64,000 bases of DNA, from the NCBI RefSeq assembly GCF_052425735.1, contig NC_135760.1:496001-560000 (forward strand), given 5' to 3'. Below are positions 62,147-64,000 of the stretch, piece after piece. The stretch is from Oculina patagonica (Eukaryota). Both the position numbers and the translations under genes were made by a program. The stretch's first letter is position 1. Every line of letters begins with the position of its first letter. Below the pieces are notes generated by a model. The model did not search any database. It saw only the letters and a program-made list of their open reading frames with translations, and was not told where the DNA came from.

Positions 62147-64000
62147 TGCGAGCGAAAACACTGCTCGGTGCGTGCCCTCATCGAAGGCGCGCAACACCCA
62201 AACACGTACAATCCACCCTTTTCTGTTTTTTATTATATTTTTTAATTCCGGCGATTTAAATATTCGCGTTTTATGCTCGCTCAGCCATAAACAGTCGGCA
62301 TTCAACCGTTAAATGTTAATGGACTTGTACAAAAACTTTTTTGTTTTGTGATGTTTTTGGTAGCGTTGAAAAATGGTCGTTTGGAACACTGTACAACTTT
62401 CTGTAAAGTTTCAAAAGTTTCTGCAAAAGCGTTTTTCGTTCGTATCTCAAGTCTTGCTATACCAGGCGAAAAAATACTCGGCGTCTTTTTTTGAGATAAT
62501 TGGAAGTTTCTGGTTTTTATGGTTTAGTGACGCGGAAAAGAGTAACAATCTAATTATAGAACAATATAAGTGAAATTTTTGTTAGAAAATGCTGTTTCGA
62601 TCTGGGCAATTCTTTATATATTTGCCTTATTTTAGCCTCTCTTCTCAGAGACCGTTCCAGATAGACAAAACGTTGGTAAATTCCGTGATTTCGTCGTGGT
62701 TTCAAATTGTTCATCAATCTGGCGATCCGTGAAGCGTAAAAAACACGTCTAGGGGTGCTTTAATCGAGCTAGAATAATCACACAAAATCGCTTTGTGCCT
62801 TTGTATATTCTCGCGGCTTTTATTCTCTTTCAGTTTTCCTTTCATACACAAATGACACATTTTTCTATTCGTGCACAGTAGTGGCATTTTTTAACACTTT
62901 GCCAAGCAAGAACAATATGGGTGGATGCTGTTTGTTTACTGTTGTTCCGAAAGGACGCCTTTAGTTCACATACCTGAACACATGAAGGGCTTGTTTTACA
63001 GAGCAATACTTTTCAGTATTGTGCTTTAAGAAAGCGAAAGCACTGAAGCGGAATTTTAGGCGCCAACGCGCCTTAAAATGAAAACAACGAAAACCTGATT
63101 TTCTTTTTTTCAGTAAGGGCTCTTTAATTTAAAATCTTTTGGTTGTGTTTAGTAGATTTTCAAATAGCGGAGAGGTTTGAACTTGTCCTTGTCGTTTGAA
63201 TCTCTAACTTTCAGAGCCAAATCATTAAGATATTTGAATTGTTAAAACTCAGTGGCGTCCTTTCAAACCAAGTGTGACCATATCATTCTAGTATTCTTGA
63301 GCTGTATTGAAACACGCTAGATCTTTCTTGGCTAAATTTTATGCTTTCGTGTGTTCCCATTTATTGGTTTTGCTGTGAACAGTGGAATGTGAAATGTGAA
63401 GCATACAGATACATCTGTTGCTCTTTTTTGACGCTGTGACTCCGAGTGGCATTCATGTGGAAAAAATGAACAATGGACGGCATTGAATTTGACTGACGCT
63501 AACTTGTTCTAGCATTTGTAATTCCACTCTTAGTGAAAACAAAAAAGGGTCTTATCAATAAAACTCGATTCTGTTGCGTGATTTGTGCATTTTATTCCAA
63601 AGTATAATCGTTCCTTTTCTGGTTCTTTTTCTAACTTTTTATAAATGAAATTTTCCACCTTCTGTTCATTGTCGATATAGGCTAAATTTTCCAAAACTTT
63701 ATAATCGTTTATAGACTATTCTGGATATACTGCATGGTACACAGGGGATGTAGGTGGGGCTGCACATAGTGTCAGTCAAAGCGAGGCTCCAGCAAGCATG
63801 CCGGGATTTCTACCCTTTTGTCGAGCGAAATTGTGAAAAATGAATGGGAGAAAAATGTTGTGGTTCAAATACAGGAGGATCTTTGAAGAGAAGGGGAACT
63901 GTTCGTGGTCATATATTTATAGTCCCCCCCCCCCCCCCCCAGAAAAAAGGTATGCTTTAAAGTAAAAAAAGGGTTTATATAGCCAAGGTTTGAATTAAAA

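Overview
Eukaryotic, AT-rich, intron-containing DNA, most likely a stony coral or related anthozoan (inferred from gene families and repeat types). From left to right: (1) 0.6-18.2 kb, a tandem array of four intronless class A GPCR genes on +; copy 2 has a single nonsense codon just after NPxxY and the array is a mosaic of duplicated blocks. (2) 20.4-24.9 kb, four minus-strand exons of a 26/29-kDa-proteinase/CfaD-like cathepsin whose papain domain was not found in the window. (3) 26.2-31.7 kb, a six-exon 220-aa gene on + that the ORF track misses and that I cannot assign to a family. (4) 34.2-51.6 kb, CCDC178 on -, head-to-head with (5) a CIB-family EF-hand gene on + (51.8-56.9 kb, last exon(s) not found). 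(6) 58.6-62.1 kb, a two-exon SLC7A cationic amino-acid transporter on -. Non-coding DNA is dense with tRNA-derived SINEs, L2/CR1 tails and MITEs with 3-, 5-, 8- and 9-bp target duplications. It also has Crypton remnants ending in long hairpins, a Helentron-like element carrying a UCA-anticodon tRNA-like sequence, and a minimal hammerhead ribozyme motif. No CRISPR or prokaryotic system is present. Exon boundaries were read by eye from GT/AG sites and reading-frame phase.
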